The position numbers and the translations under genes are program-made. The notes under the pieces were generated by a model. It did not search any database and was not told where the DNA came from. It was given only the letters and a program-made list of their open reading frames with translations. This document shows, in pieces, positions 1 through 10,272 of a stretch of DNA of 64,000 bases; the first letter of the stretch is position 1, and each line of letters opens with the position of its first letter. The stretch comes from Bacteroidales bacterium (GTDB lineage Bacteria; Bacteroidota; Bacteroidia; Bacteroidales; VadinHA17): the NCBI GenBank assembly GCA_038245405.1, contig JBBRSO010000001.1, positions 9,199-73,198 of the forward strand, read 5' to 3'.

Positions 1-792
1 CCTGTGACAATTCAAAAAACAATAAGGAACACCGACAGAACTACAGGGGCCATGCTATCAGGAAAGATTGCAAGACTTTATGGTTCTGAGGGATTACCCG
101 ACGGGACGATAAAATGCAGATTCAATGGTTCTGCCGGTCAGAGCTTTGGTGCATTCCTGTCACCGGGTATAGAGCTATATCTTGAAGGAGAAGCGAATGA
201 CTATCTTGGCAAAGGACTATCGGGTGGCAGAATTATTGTTATGCCTCCTGTTGGTTCTACATTTGAACCCGATAAAAACATAATAATCGGTAATACTGTT
301 TTGTACGGTGCTACGAAAGGAGAATTATTCATTTCTGGAGTTGCCGGCGAACGGTTTGGTGTGCGTAACAGTGGTGCATATGCTGTTGTAGAAGGTGTTG
401 GAAACCACTGTTGTGAATATATGACAGGCGGGCGGGTAGTAGTTCTTGGTTCAACCGGAAGCAACTTTGCAGCAGGGATGAGCGGTGGTATTGCTTATGT
501 ATTCAATGAAAATGGTGATTTCGACTATTACTGCAACATGGGAATGGTAGAATTATCACTTGTTGAAGACTATGGTGATGTTAATGAACTAACTGATTTG
601 ATATCAAAACATTTTCAATATACAGGTAGTAAGAAGGCAAAGATGATACTTGACGATCTTTATAAATACATTCCAAAGTTCATAAAAGTTGTACCTTACG
701 ATTACAGGAAGGTTCTGCAGGAACAAAAATTAGAAGAGATCAGAAAGAAGATTGCTGATGTTGAACTTGACCTTGAGATCAGTGCTGTATAA
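1..792 (+). CDS. gltB: Glutamate synthase large subunit, C-terminal GXGXG domain (5'-truncated by window edge)
   Basis: ORF is open from base 1. It shows the typical GltB C-terminal repeat motifs (GQSFGAF, GEANDYLGKGLSGGRI, GNTVLYGAT.G, GERFGVRNSGA, VVEGVGNHCCEYMTGG, AGMSGGIAYV) and is followed 23 nt later by gltD. Confidence 0.9.
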   Translation, partial: PVTIQKTIRNTDRTTGAMLSGKIARLYGSEGLPDGTIKCRFNGSAGQSFGAFLSPGIELYLEGEANDYLGKGLSGGRIIVMPPVGSTFEPDKNIIIGNTVLYGATKGELFISGVAGERFGVRNSGAYAVVEGVGNHCCEYMTGGRVVVLGSTGSNFAAGMSGGIAYVFNENGDFDYYCNMGMVELSLVEDYGDVNELTDLISKHFQYTGSKKAKMILDDLYKYIPKFIKVVPYDYRKVLQEQKLEEIRKKIADVELDLEISAV

Positions 793-815
793 CGACAAAC
801 TATAAACGATAAAAA

Positions 816-2234
816 ATGACTGATATAACCGGATTTCTCAGAATAAAGCGGAAGGAAGCTGGCAACAGACCCTTGAATGAAAGGATCGGTGACCACAGTG
901 AGGTAGAACAGGTTTTAAATAGTGAAGACAGGATGCTTCAGGCTGCACGATGCATGGATTGTGGTACTCCATATTGTCATTGGGCTTGTCCGGTCGACAA
1001 TCTGATTCCTGAATGGAATGATTTGTTATACAAAGGTGATTGGAAAGGTGCATATATGCGTCTGGCGGCAACAAATAATTTTCCCGAATTTACCGGAAGG
1101 ATATGTCCTGCTCCATGCGAACATGCTTGCGTTCTGAATATCAATCAGGAACCTGTAACAATAAGGGAGAATGAGGTAGCCATCATAGAAAAAGCATTCG
1201 CGGAAGGATATATAAAACCAGAGCCTCCTAAAACAAGAACTGGTAAAAAAGTTGCTGTTATAGGAAGTGGCCCTGCGGGAATGGCTGCAGCCGACCTGTT
1301 AAACAAATCAGGCCATCTGGTGACTCTTTTCGAAAAAGATGAAAAGGCAGGTGGACTTCTGAGATTTGGCATTCCCGATTTTAAACTCAATAAGGCTACT
1401 GTTGACAGAAGGCTTAATATTATGATGCAGGAAGGTGTAGTAATAAAAACAGGAATAACTATCGGGAAAGACATTACAGGAAAAGATCTCCTGGAGCAGT
1501 TTGATGCAATATGCATAGCTATTGGCTCAGGTCACCCGCGTGATATTACCGTCGAAGGGAGAGAGATTAAAGGTGTACATTTTGCAATGGATTTTCTGCC
1601 CTTGCAGAATCGTGTCAACTCCGGACAAATGGCATCTTCAGCCAACCCTATAACTGCAGAAGGGAAGAAAGTGCTTGTTATTGGAGGCGGAGACACAGGT
1701 TCAGACTGTGTCGGTACCTCAATCCGGCAGAAAGCGGTGAGCGTAACACAGATTGAAATTTTGCCGAAACCACCACTCGAAAGAGCCATAAATAACCCGT
1801 GGCCCTATTATGGAAAAATTTTAAAGACTTCCACTTCTCACGAGGAAGGATGCGAACGATTATGGAGTCTTTCAACAGTAAAATTTCATGGAAATGATAA
1901 TAAGATAACCGGAGTTGAGGTTGAAGAAGTTGTTTGGAACCCTGTTAATGACAAATATACAATGCTGGTTGTTAAAGATACAAGGAAGATAATTGAAGCT
2001 GACCTGGTTCTCCTTGCTATGGGTTTTATACATCCAGCTCTTGAGGGCTTGCTGACTGAGCTTGATGTTGAACTCGATCAGAGAAAAAATGTGAAGATTA
2101 ATGAGAATTATCTTACAAACAGGGAGAAGGTTTTTGCAGCTGGTGATTCTGTAAACGGAGCAACACTTGTGGTTACGGCTATTGCTTCAGGTAGAAAGGT
2201 TGCAAAGGAAATTGATCTGTTTCTGAGGAAATAA
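816..2234 (+). CDS. gltD: Glutamate synthase (NADPH) small subunit
   Basis: N-terminal Cys clusters (CMDCGTPYCHWACP, RICPAPCEHAC). Dinucleotide fold VAVIGSGPAGMAAA and a second fold VLVIGGGDTGSDC. Size is 472 aa and it lies directly after gltB. Confidence 0.92.
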   Translation: MTDITGFLRIKRKEAGNRPLNERIGDHSEVEQVLNSEDRMLQAARCMDCGTPYCHWACPVDNLIPEWNDLLYKGDWKGAYMRLAATNNFPEFTGRICPAPCEHACVLNINQEPVTIRENEVAIIEKAFAEGYIKPEPPKTRTGKKVAVIGSGPAGMAAADLLNKSGHLVTLFEKDEKAGGLLRFGIPDFKLNKATVDRRLNIMMQEGVVIKTGITIGKDITGKDLLEQFDAICIAIGSGHPRDITVEGREIKGVHFAMDFLPLQNRVNSGQMASSANPITAEGKKVLVIGGGDTGSDCVGTSIRQKAVSVTQIEILPKPPLERAINNPWPYYGKILKTSTSHEEGCERLWSLSTVKFHGNDNKITGVEVEEVVWNPVNDKYTMLVVKDTRKIIEADLVLLAMGFIHPALEGLLTELDVELDQRKNVKINENYLTNREKVFAAGDSVNGATLVVTAIASGRKVAKEIDLFLRK

Positions 2235-2282
2235 TGAAAATAATAAGAAATTTAGGCTACAAAGGTCAAACACATTCCCTGA

Positions 2283-3434
2283 CTACTCGTCGGGGAATTC
2301 TTTTTTAAGCCTTACTCTAAAGATGGTTCCTTCGGACTCATTGCTTACAAAACTTGCTTTCCCAAGCAAATAATTTTCAGTTAATAATTTTATGCTATAG
2401 GACCCAATTCCCCTGCCATTGCCTTTGGTACTGAATGATCTGTGAAACATCTGCAGCTGGATCTCTTCCGGCATAATATCATCATTTTTCACCCAGAATA
2501 TAATTTCATCACCATCTTCTTCAACTCCTGCCGTAACTATCTTATTTGCCTCAGTAGCTTCCATGGCATTCTTAAGAAGGTTTATTAAAACCCTCTGAAT
2601 CAATGTCTTGTCCGTATGGAAATCGACATTTACAGACTTTTCATCGCGTATTAATCTTTTCTCTTTCCCGGCTTCATGATAACCAATCTTTTTTATAGCA
2701 GAATCAAGTACTTCAATGCTGTTTGCCGACTCTATATTTACAGAGAGTTCGCCGTTCTCTGCAACTCTTATCTGTCGTTGAGCCAAAATCTCTTCAACTA
2801 AATTCCGGCTGGCCTCTTCAGAAAGACTTATCAATTCCCTTGCCTGTTCCGGAGAATTGAGTTCATCTTTAAGCACGGAAAGCAAGCCATAAAGCCCGCC
2901 CACGCTATTCAGCAAATCATGAAAAAAAATCTTTTCAAGTGCGGCCCTTCTTTTTAAATCACTGATGTCCTGTAAGATCAGAATATAAAAAACTTCACCA
3001 TTAAATGAGATCGGCGTTGAAACAACACTAAAATCCCAACTTTTATATTTCTTTTCTACCAAAGTTGAAATTTGGGCTTCCTTCATTACTTTTACGCCCG
3101 TTTTCTGACTTTCAATAATTGTATTTACTATACCACAGTAAGCACACGCTTTGGACGTTCCGCACCCGGAAGGGGTTTCCTCAGCATGTTCACATGAAAT
3201 AACTTCACCAGGCCGTCTTCCTAATAACAATTCCAAGGAGTTAATACCCAGTGCCCTAAGAAATTCATTATTTGCGTATACAACCTGACGATTCTTGTTA
3301 ATGACTGCACCTATGCCTGTCATTGCTCCAAAAATCTCTGTAAAAAACTTCTGAGATCCTGCTACTTCATATTCGAGTAAAATCTGTTCTGTTGTAGACC
3401 TTTCTGCTGAAGCAAAATGTGTTTTATCCTCCAT
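2283..3434 (-). CDS. Orphan PAS-like sensor histidine kinase with a Cys-rich insert
   Basis: H-box-like FFHDLLNSVGG. C-terminal GHKL boxes (LINLLKNAMEAT, GRGIGSYS). N-terminal PAS-like region carrying C-x9-C-x5-C-x2-C (SCEHAEETPSGCGTSKACAYCG). No adjacent response regulator. Confidence 0.8.
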   Translation of the reverse strand: MEDKTHFASAERSTTEQILLEYEVAGSQKFFTEIFGAMTGIGAVINKNRQVVYANNEFLRALGINSLELLLGRRPGEVISCEHAEETPSGCGTSKACAYCGIVNTIIESQKTGVKVMKEAQISTLVEKKYKSWDFSVVSTPISFNGEVFYILILQDISDLKRRAALEKIFFHDLLNSVGGLYGLLSVLKDELNSPEQARELISLSEEASRNLVEEILAQRQIRVAENGELSVNIESANSIEVLDSAIKKIGYHEAGKEKRLIRDEKSVNVDFHTDKTLIQRVLINLLKNAMEATEANKIVTAGVEEDGDEIIFWVKNDDIMPEEIQLQMFHRSFSTKGNGRGIGSYSIKLLTENYLLGKASFVSNESEGTIFRVRLKKEFPDE

Positions 3435-3562
3435 AATACCACAATTATAGCTTTGGTTGAACCTGATGTTTTATAATGCCTGTGAAGATAACCGATCAGA
3501 AACGATTCCAAAGATTAAAACAGTGATCTTGCAGATAAAGTTCAAATGCGGAATAATATTTT

Positions 3563-6500
3563 TTAAGTGAGAGGTATAATGAATTTAAATGTGCTGCCTT
3601 TCCCTTGCTCACTTTCTGCCCATATCTTGCCTCCGTGCTTCTCAACAAATTCCTTGCATAGGAATAAACCAAGGCCTGTTCCGTTTTCATCATCAGTTCC
3701 CCTTGTAGACAGATTTGCATCAATTCTAAAAAGTTTTCCCATTAAATCGGCTGACATTCCTATGCCATTATCTGATACGGAGATTTCCAGTATGTTTTTA
3801 TAGACAACAGCATTTACAATGATATTCCCGTTTCTCCGGGTAAACTTTATAGCATTAGAGATCAGATTCCTGAGGATTGTTCTGAGCATATTAATATCAG
3901 CCTTTATCATAAGGTCTTCATAGAGATAACTTTTTAATTCTATCTTCTTCCCTCCTGCCAGATCGCCAAGCAAAAGAAACTCCTCATTTATGAGATCCTT
4001 CAAATTCAGATGCACAGGAACGAACGGGACTTTTCCACGCTGGGAAGTAGCCCATTCCAGTAGGTTCTCGAGCAGACGGTATGTCTGTAGCGAAGAATCA
4101 TTTATAATTGTTGCATATTGATAAACGACATCGGTGTCTTTTGACAAAGCAGCTTCTTTCAGTATTTCACTAAAACCTATTATTGTATTGAACGGGTTTT
4201 TGAGATCATGGGCTATTATTGAAAAGAATTTATCTTTTGAAGCATTGAGTTCTTTCAATTCGGCAGTCTTAATTGATACTGATTTTTCGAGAAGAAGCTT
4301 TTGATTTTTCAATTGGTTGATCCTTGAAAAGAGAAAACTTGTAACTATGAAAATTATGGCAGCAATCATTGCAATTCTAAACCACCATGTTTGCCACCAT
4401 GGAGGCAGAATAATTATTTTAAGGGAAGCTCCGGTCTCATTCCAGACGCCATCATTATTTGACGCTTTTACCTTGAAAGTATATTCACCCGGATCAAGAT
4501 TTGTATAAGTAACATACCGACGGTACGCATCGGTATGATTCCAGTCTTTTTCAAATCCATCCATGATATAGGCATACTGATTCTTTTTTGGATGGTTATA
4601 ATTAATGGCTGCGAAGGAAAATGAGAAGACCGACTGATCCCACTTAAGCTTAATCTCTTTTGCTTCACTTATATGTATCGGAAATTGTGAGCTGTTATAA
4701 TCAACCGGTTTGTTGAATATTTGAAATTCAGTGATATAAACAGGAGGTATAATGTTATTATCTTTCAGATTGTCAGGATTGAAAGAACTGAATCCACTGT
4801 ACCCCCCAAAGTATAATTCCCCGCTTCTGGTCTTCAGGAATGATTGCTGATAGAACTGATCGCCCTGCAACCCATCTTCTTCTGAGTAGTTTCTTATACT
4901 TTGTATTTCAGGATTCAAACGACTTATACCTAAATTAGTGGAAATCCAGATGTTACCCATATAATCCTGAGTGATGGCATGTATTCTGTTGTTAGGCAAA
5001 ACATTTGTCATATCGTAAGTCTTGAGAATAGTACCATCCTCGTTGCACATAAATAAACCCTTGGTATTGCTGCCGACCCAGATATACCCTTTTTTGTCTT
5101 TAAAGAAAGCGCCGATATCGTCGTCAGGAAAATGCATCACTTTAAAGGTGTCTGTCGAACGATCAAACAAATCGAGGCCATTTTGTGTACATATCCACAT
5201 TTTGTTGCCTGAGTCTTCAAAAAAGAACCAGCTATTTTTGCCGCTTAAAGAGCCCGGGATTTCTGGATTGGATCTGAATCGCTGGAAGACTCCTTTTTTT
5301 ACGTCAAACAGATCAATCCCAATGTTGTAGATGCTAATCCATAAAATATTATTATGATCGATAAACAGATTCCAGATTGTTTTATCCGAAATGCTTGATG
5401 AATTTTTGTTATCATGAGTATACCTGATAAACTTACCGGTCTTCCGGTCATACTTATTGAGTCCGGCACCCCATGTACCAATCCACATATTATTATCCTT
5501 ATCCTCCGCAATTCCGCGTATTACATTTCCACTAATGCTGTATTTGTCTGATGGGTCATTTTTATACGTCTTAAAAAAGCCAGTCTCAGGATCATAAACA
5601 TTCACTCCTCCACCATCAGTACCGATCCAGATAACTCCCTGATGGTCTTCAAAAAAATTAATAGTAAAATTGTATGATAATGATCTGGTATTAAGACTAT
5701 TATGTGTGAATAACTTGAATCTTTCTTTTACCGGACTTAGATAATTAATTCCTCCACCTGAAGTTCCTATCCACAGAACCCCTTCTTTATCACGATGGAA
5801 GCACCATACACCGTTATTATTCAGACTTCCATCGACTGAATTATTGTTCATTATATACTCAAACTTCTTTGAAACCTTATCAAACCGGTTTATGCCTCCC
5901 TGATCAACTGCAAGCAGAAGGAAGCGATCATTTTCAGGAATAATATCCAGTACAAAATTCAGATTTGTACCTGTTCCATCACCTTTCAAGTTAAAATGTT
6001 CAAATTCACCTGATTGGGGATCATAAGAAAAAAAGCCAATACCGTCTGTGGCTATCCAGATTTTATCCTGTTTATCAATATAAAGACTTTTATAGCTGTA
6101 AGTGTCATAGCCGGGTGAAGGGTCATCAATTTTTTTGAATTGGCCTGTAGTGGGATCGAAACGTGTAACTCCAGCATTTAATGAACCAATCCAGATATAT
6201 CCATGGGAATCTACCGCTGCCATGCGTGATGGTCGTACTGAAAGGCCATGCATTGGCGTCGCGAAAGGATACCTTATAAAACTACCGGTACCTGGTTCCC
6301 AAAGATTAAGGCAACTTCCGTCAGTTACAACCCAGAGCTTACCATTTTTGTCTTCAACAATCCCTGTTATAAGATTACTATTGATACTTTCAGGTGCCGA
6401 ACTGTTGTATTTGAAAACTTTAAAATTATCATGCAAAGGGTCGTAAAGGTTCAGACCATCATAAGTACCGATCCAGAGATTCTTGTTTCTGTCCTCATAA

Positions 6501-6808
6501 ATACACGTAGTGATATCACTGGTGATTGTACCTGAAACTCTATCGAGATGTCTGTATTTCTTTACCTGGTAGCTGTCGTATTTATCCAGTCCTACATCGG
6601 TTCCCATCCAAAGATAATTCTTACTGTCTTTATATATGCACCTGATACGGTTGCTCGACAGGCCATCATTAACAGTAAGATATTTGAATCCTGAATATTG
6701 TATTTGTGCTGACAACCCGTGCAAGCATGAGAACCAAACCAGAAAAATCGATAAGAATCCTCCGAGCTTACGATTTTCTAAAATAATACGACTATTAAAA
6801 ATAACCAC
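3563..6808 (-). CDS. Two-component-regulator beta-propeller / Y_Y_Y sensor histidine kinase (no receiver, no HTH)
   Basis: N-terminal signal/TM segment. Many repeats of the W(I/V)GT..G(L/I)..(Y/F)D type. Y_Y_Y-like segment (YAYIMDGFEKDWN...YTFKVKASNNDGVWN). TM segment, then H-box FFSIIAHDLKNP and GHKL boxes (LRNLISNAIKFT, DNGIGM, GTGLGL). Confidence 0.85.
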   Translation of the reverse strand: MVIFNSRIILENRKLGGFLSIFLVWFSCLHGLSAQIQYSGFKYLTVNDGLSSNRIRCIYKDSKNYLWMGTDVGLDKYDSYQVKKYRHLDRVSGTITSDITTCIYEDRNKNLWIGTYDGLNLYDPLHDNFKVFKYNSSAPESINSNLITGIVEDKNGKLWVVTDGSCLNLWEPGTGSFIRYPFATPMHGLSVRPSRMAAVDSHGYIWIGSLNAGVTRFDPTTGQFKKIDDPSPGYDTYSYKSLYIDKQDKIWIATDGIGFFSYDPQSGEFEHFNLKGDGTGTNLNFVLDIIPENDRFLLLAVDQGGINRFDKVSKKFEYIMNNNSVDGSLNNNGVWCFHRDKEGVLWIGTSGGGINYLSPVKERFKLFTHNSLNTRSLSYNFTINFFEDHQGVIWIGTDGGGVNVYDPETGFFKTYKNDPSDKYSISGNVIRGIAEDKDNNMWIGTWGAGLNKYDRKTGKFIRYTHDNKNSSSISDKTIWNLFIDHNNILWISIYNIGIDLFDVKKGVFQRFRSNPEIPGSLSGKNSWFFFEDSGNKMWICTQNGLDLFDRSTDTFKVMHFPDDDIGAFFKDKKGYIWVGSNTKGLFMCNEDGTILKTYDMTNVLPNNRIHAITQDYMGNIWISTNLGISRLNPEIQSIRNYSEEDGLQGDQFYQQSFLKTRSGELYFGGYSGFSSFNPDNLKDNNIIPPVYITEFQIFNKPVDYNSSQFPIHISEAKEIKLKWDQSVFSFSFAAINYNHPKKNQYAYIMDGFEKDWNHTDAYRRYVTYTNLDPGEYTFKVKASNNDGVWNETGASLKIIILPPWWQTWWFRIAMIAAIIFIVTSFLFSRINQLKNQKLLLEKSVSIKTAELKELNASKDKFFSIIAHDLKNPFNTIIGFSEILKEAALSKDTDVVYQYATIINDSSLQTYRLLENLLEWATSQRGKVPFVPVHLNLKDLINEEFLLLGDLAGGKKIELKSYLYEDLMIKADINMLRTILRNLISNAIKFTRRNGNIIVNAVVYKNILEISVSDNGIGMSADLMGKLFRIDANLSTRGTDDENGTGLGLFLCKEFVEKHGGKIWAESEQGKGSTFKFIIPLT

Positions 6809-6935
6809 AATTCTTTTTAGTATTTAGAGTAGTACCAGATAAAACTTTTGAAAATTAAAGATATTGCTTTTACTCAATTACTCTAAGAAACTTCTCTTAA
6901 ATTATCGATGAGCTTGAAGGATGGAACAGAATAAA

Positions 6936-9900
6936 TTACGTTGTCGTGATGGATGGCAGTTTAAAATGGAAAACACTACCTTTTCCCTGTTCGCTTTCAG
7001 CCCAGATCTTCCCGCCATGCTTTTCCACAAATTCCTTACAAAGGAATAAACCTAGTCCTGTGCCCTTTTCATTTTCAGTTCCCTTTGATGAAACATTAGC
7101 ATCGATTCTGAAGAGTTGAGCCCTGGTGACCTCAGACATTCCCATGCCATTATCACAAACAGCGATTTCCACCATATCATTATTTACCGATGCTTTCACT
7201 TCTACTTTGCCGTTTCGATAGGTGAATTTTATAGCATTTGAGATCAGGTTTCGCAATACAGTTTTGAGCATGTTTCTGTCCGCCATAACTGTTAACTGTG
7301 TATTTATCAGATTGTTCAGTTGTATGTTCTTTCCGATAGCCATGTCTTTTAAAAGAAGCAATTCTTCTTCAACAAGCTCATTAACAGCTAGCTGTTGCGG
7401 ATCAAATGAAATTTTACCTCTCTGCGATTTTGCCCATTCTAGCAGGTTCTCCAGTAATTTAAGCGTCTGAACTGCAGAAACATTTATCAAATGGGCATAT
7501 TCATGACTCCTTGAAGATTGGTCACTGTTCAGTTCTTCATTTAGCATCTCGCTAAAACCAATAATTGCATTGAACGGATTCTTAAGGTCATGTGCAATAA
7601 TTGAGAAAAATTTATCTTTTGAAGCATTTAATTTTTTTAATTCTTCTGTTTTAATTGAAACTGTTTTTTCAAGAAGCGTTTTTTGTCTTTCCAGCTGGCT
7701 TACACGGATAAAATAAATGGATGCCAATATCAAAACAACCAAAAAGCTTCCAATCAGTTTTGACCACCATGTCAGCCACCAGGGTGGAAGTATCGTAATT
7801 TTGAGTGAAGTCCCCTTCTCATTCCATAAACCATCATTATTTGAACCTTTTACATGAAATATATAATCTCCGGGGTTCAGGTTTGTATAGGTCACTTCTG
7901 ATTTATTTCCGGAATAGATCCATTCCTTGTCAAAATTTTCCAGCATATAAGCGTACTGGTTCTTTTCCGGAGCTGAAAAGTCCATAACGGCAAAATTGAA
8001 TGTCATTACTGTAAGAAGATGTGATAATGACAGCGATTCCAATTCCGAAATGTTCTTTTTCAACACGGAGCTGCTACCTGCCCTGGCACTTTTATTAAAT
8101 ATTTTCAGATCAGTAATTACTACTTCAGGAATTACTTTATTTTCAGTAATTTTCTCAGGATATAAAATATTGAATCCTTTTGTACCTCCTATCAAAATTT
8201 CTCCTTCAAGTGTTTTAAAAATACTTCTTTCAGAGAATTCATTGCTTTGAAATCCATCGGCTCTGGTGAAATTTTTAAATTTGCCTTTTCTGCTGTCAAA
8301 CCTGCAAACTCCATTGTTTGTTGTTATCCAAAGAACCCCTTGCTTATCCTCTTCAATTCCTTTTATATAATTATCTGGTAATCCTTCTTTTTCATAATAT
8401 CTTATAAAGGAGTTGTTTATCGGATTAAACCGGTTAAGTCCGTTCGGAGTTCCGATCCAGATACACGAATCACTCTCTATAAGAAAATCGGTAACCCTGG
8501 GATAACTCAGACTATTTTCATTTTGCGGATCTGCTGCATATGTTACAAAATGATTTTCATCTGGCGAAAAGATCTGAAAATTCGTTGATGTTGCTATCAA
8601 TAGACGACCTCCAGAAAACTTAGAAATTTTTACTACCATTTCATTGCCCAGACCGCTATTTTGGGGAGTATACTGAGTAAACTTCTTTTTTTCTAACTGA
8701 TAATTAATTAAACCATGTTCAAAAGTTCCAAGCCAGAGATCATTATGGTAACCTTCCTCAATAGAAAATATATTATTGTCCTTTATTCCGCTTTTACTAT
8801 TGTCCAGCAATGTTGTCTTTCCTGAATGAGGATCTAACATAATAAGTCCTCCTTCCCATGTTCCTAAGAAGAGGTGCTCATTGATATCTTCATGTATACA
8901 AATTATTACATTACTGCTCAAAAATGAATTACTGATATTATAGCGCCGGAAACGCTCAGTATTCCTGTCAAACAGATTCAGACCCCCACCGTCGGTCCCT
9001 ACCCAGATCCTGCCAAGATGATCTTCCGAAAAACAGGTTACAGTATTATGGCTGAGGCTCTGAGCAGCTCCGGGAATATTCTCATACTTAATAATTGCAT
9101 TGCGGTTACGCAATGATATATTGACACCCCCTGTATAGGTGCCAAGCCATAAATTTCCTGTTTTGTCCTGGTAAATTGATTCAATCGCTTCGTTGCTTAT
9201 ACCCTGAGGATCGTAGTCATTTTTCCTGTAATGCCAGAAATTCTGTTTTTCCTTATTAAATAAATTAAGTCCGCCATTATCTGTTCCAATCCACAGATTA
9301 CCTGCATCATCAACATAGCTACATCTGACCGAATTAATAGATAAGCTGTTCTTATCAATCGGATCATGACTGTAATATTTCAGGTACTCCTTTCCCGGCT
9401 CCAGATCATTTTTCAGACAGTAAAGACCTTCAGTGCCTCCAACCCATAAGTTGCCATCATTGTCTTCAGCTATATTAATAAAAATATTGCCTGACAGGTT
9501 ATTCCCTTTTTCATCCCTGGTTAAATGCCGGAATGTTCCCGTTGCCTTTTCAAAAAGGTTCAGGCCTCCTCTGGTAGCGATCCATAGCCTGCCTTTTTTA
9601 TCCATAAGTACGGACTCAACATTCGAATTGCTGATACTTCCCGCAATATTATCATCGTGTATATATCTGTCTATCTTATTTTTCTGACGGTCAAAATATA
9701 ATAATCCAATGTTTGTGGCAAGCCATAAGTTACCCACAGGATCTTCAATTATCCGTGAAACAGTACAGGATAGACCAAACAATGGAGATGATTTATCCAG
9801 TACAAAATTCAGAAAACGATCGTTATTCCGGTCATAAATGCTGAGACCGCTTTCGGTGCCAACAAATAAATTCATGTTATGGTCCTCAAAGAGAGTTTTA

Positions 9901-10232
9901 ATTACATTATCTGCAAGGCTTGCCGAATCTTTGGGAACATTCTTGTATACAACAAAATTAAAACCATCATAACGGTTCAGGCCATCGGGGGTACCGATCC
10001 ACATAAATCCTTTATGATCCTGAATAATACATGAGCCAATGGAAGAAGATAAACCGTTATCCGGGGTGAGATATTTAAACTGAAGACGATTCGGCTGGGC
10101 ATCACTTTCCGGCAGGCAAATAAATAGAATAAAAATGGTCTGAATAATCAGAAATATGAATTTACGGTTCTTCAAAGTTTGATCTTTGGGTAAATCAAAG
10201 ATATGTAAATTAAAGTACGATAAACAAGTCAA
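6936..10232 (-). CDS. Paralogous beta-propeller / Y_Y_Y sensor histidine kinase
   Basis: Same architecture as 3563-6808. The kinase core is near-identical in places (FFSIIAHDLKNPFN, LENLLEWA.SQRGK, GTGLGLFLCKEFVEKHGGKIWAESEQGKGS). Confidence 0.85.
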   Translation of the reverse strand: MTCLSYFNLHIFDLPKDQTLKNRKFIFLIIQTIFILFICLPESDAQPNRLQFKYLTPDNGLSSSIGSCIIQDHKGFMWIGTPDGLNRYDGFNFVVYKNVPKDSASLADNVIKTLFEDHNMNLFVGTESGLSIYDRNNDRFLNFVLDKSSPLFGLSCTVSRIIEDPVGNLWLATNIGLLYFDRQKNKIDRYIHDDNIAGSISNSNVESVLMDKKGRLWIATRGGLNLFEKATGTFRHLTRDEKGNNLSGNIFINIAEDNDGNLWVGGTEGLYCLKNDLEPGKEYLKYYSHDPIDKNSLSINSVRCSYVDDAGNLWIGTDNGGLNLFNKEKQNFWHYRKNDYDPQGISNEAIESIYQDKTGNLWLGTYTGGVNISLRNRNAIIKYENIPGAAQSLSHNTVTCFSEDHLGRIWVGTDGGGLNLFDRNTERFRRYNISNSFLSSNVIICIHEDINEHLFLGTWEGGLIMLDPHSGKTTLLDNSKSGIKDNNIFSIEEGYHNDLWLGTFEHGLINYQLEKKKFTQYTPQNSGLGNEMVVKISKFSGGRLLIATSTNFQIFSPDENHFVTYAADPQNENSLSYPRVTDFLIESDSCIWIGTPNGLNRFNPINNSFIRYYEKEGLPDNYIKGIEEDKQGVLWITTNNGVCRFDSRKGKFKNFTRADGFQSNEFSERSIFKTLEGEILIGGTKGFNILYPEKITENKVIPEVVITDLKIFNKSARAGSSSVLKKNISELESLSLSHLLTVMTFNFAVMDFSAPEKNQYAYMLENFDKEWIYSGNKSEVTYTNLNPGDYIFHVKGSNNDGLWNEKGTSLKITILPPWWLTWWSKLIGSFLVVLILASIYFIRVSQLERQKTLLEKTVSIKTEELKKLNASKDKFFSIIAHDLKNPFNAIIGFSEMLNEELNSDQSSRSHEYAHLINVSAVQTLKLLENLLEWAKSQRGKISFDPQQLAVNELVEEELLLLKDMAIGKNIQLNNLINTQLTVMADRNMLKTVLRNLISNAIKFTYRNGKVEVKASVNNDMVEIAVCDNGMGMSEVTRAQLFRIDANVSSKGTENEKGTGLGLFLCKEFVEKHGGKIWAESEQGKGSVFHFKLPSITTT

Positions 10233-10272
10233 TTTATAAAAACTGATTATTTTTACAGCTCAATTTCGCCGC

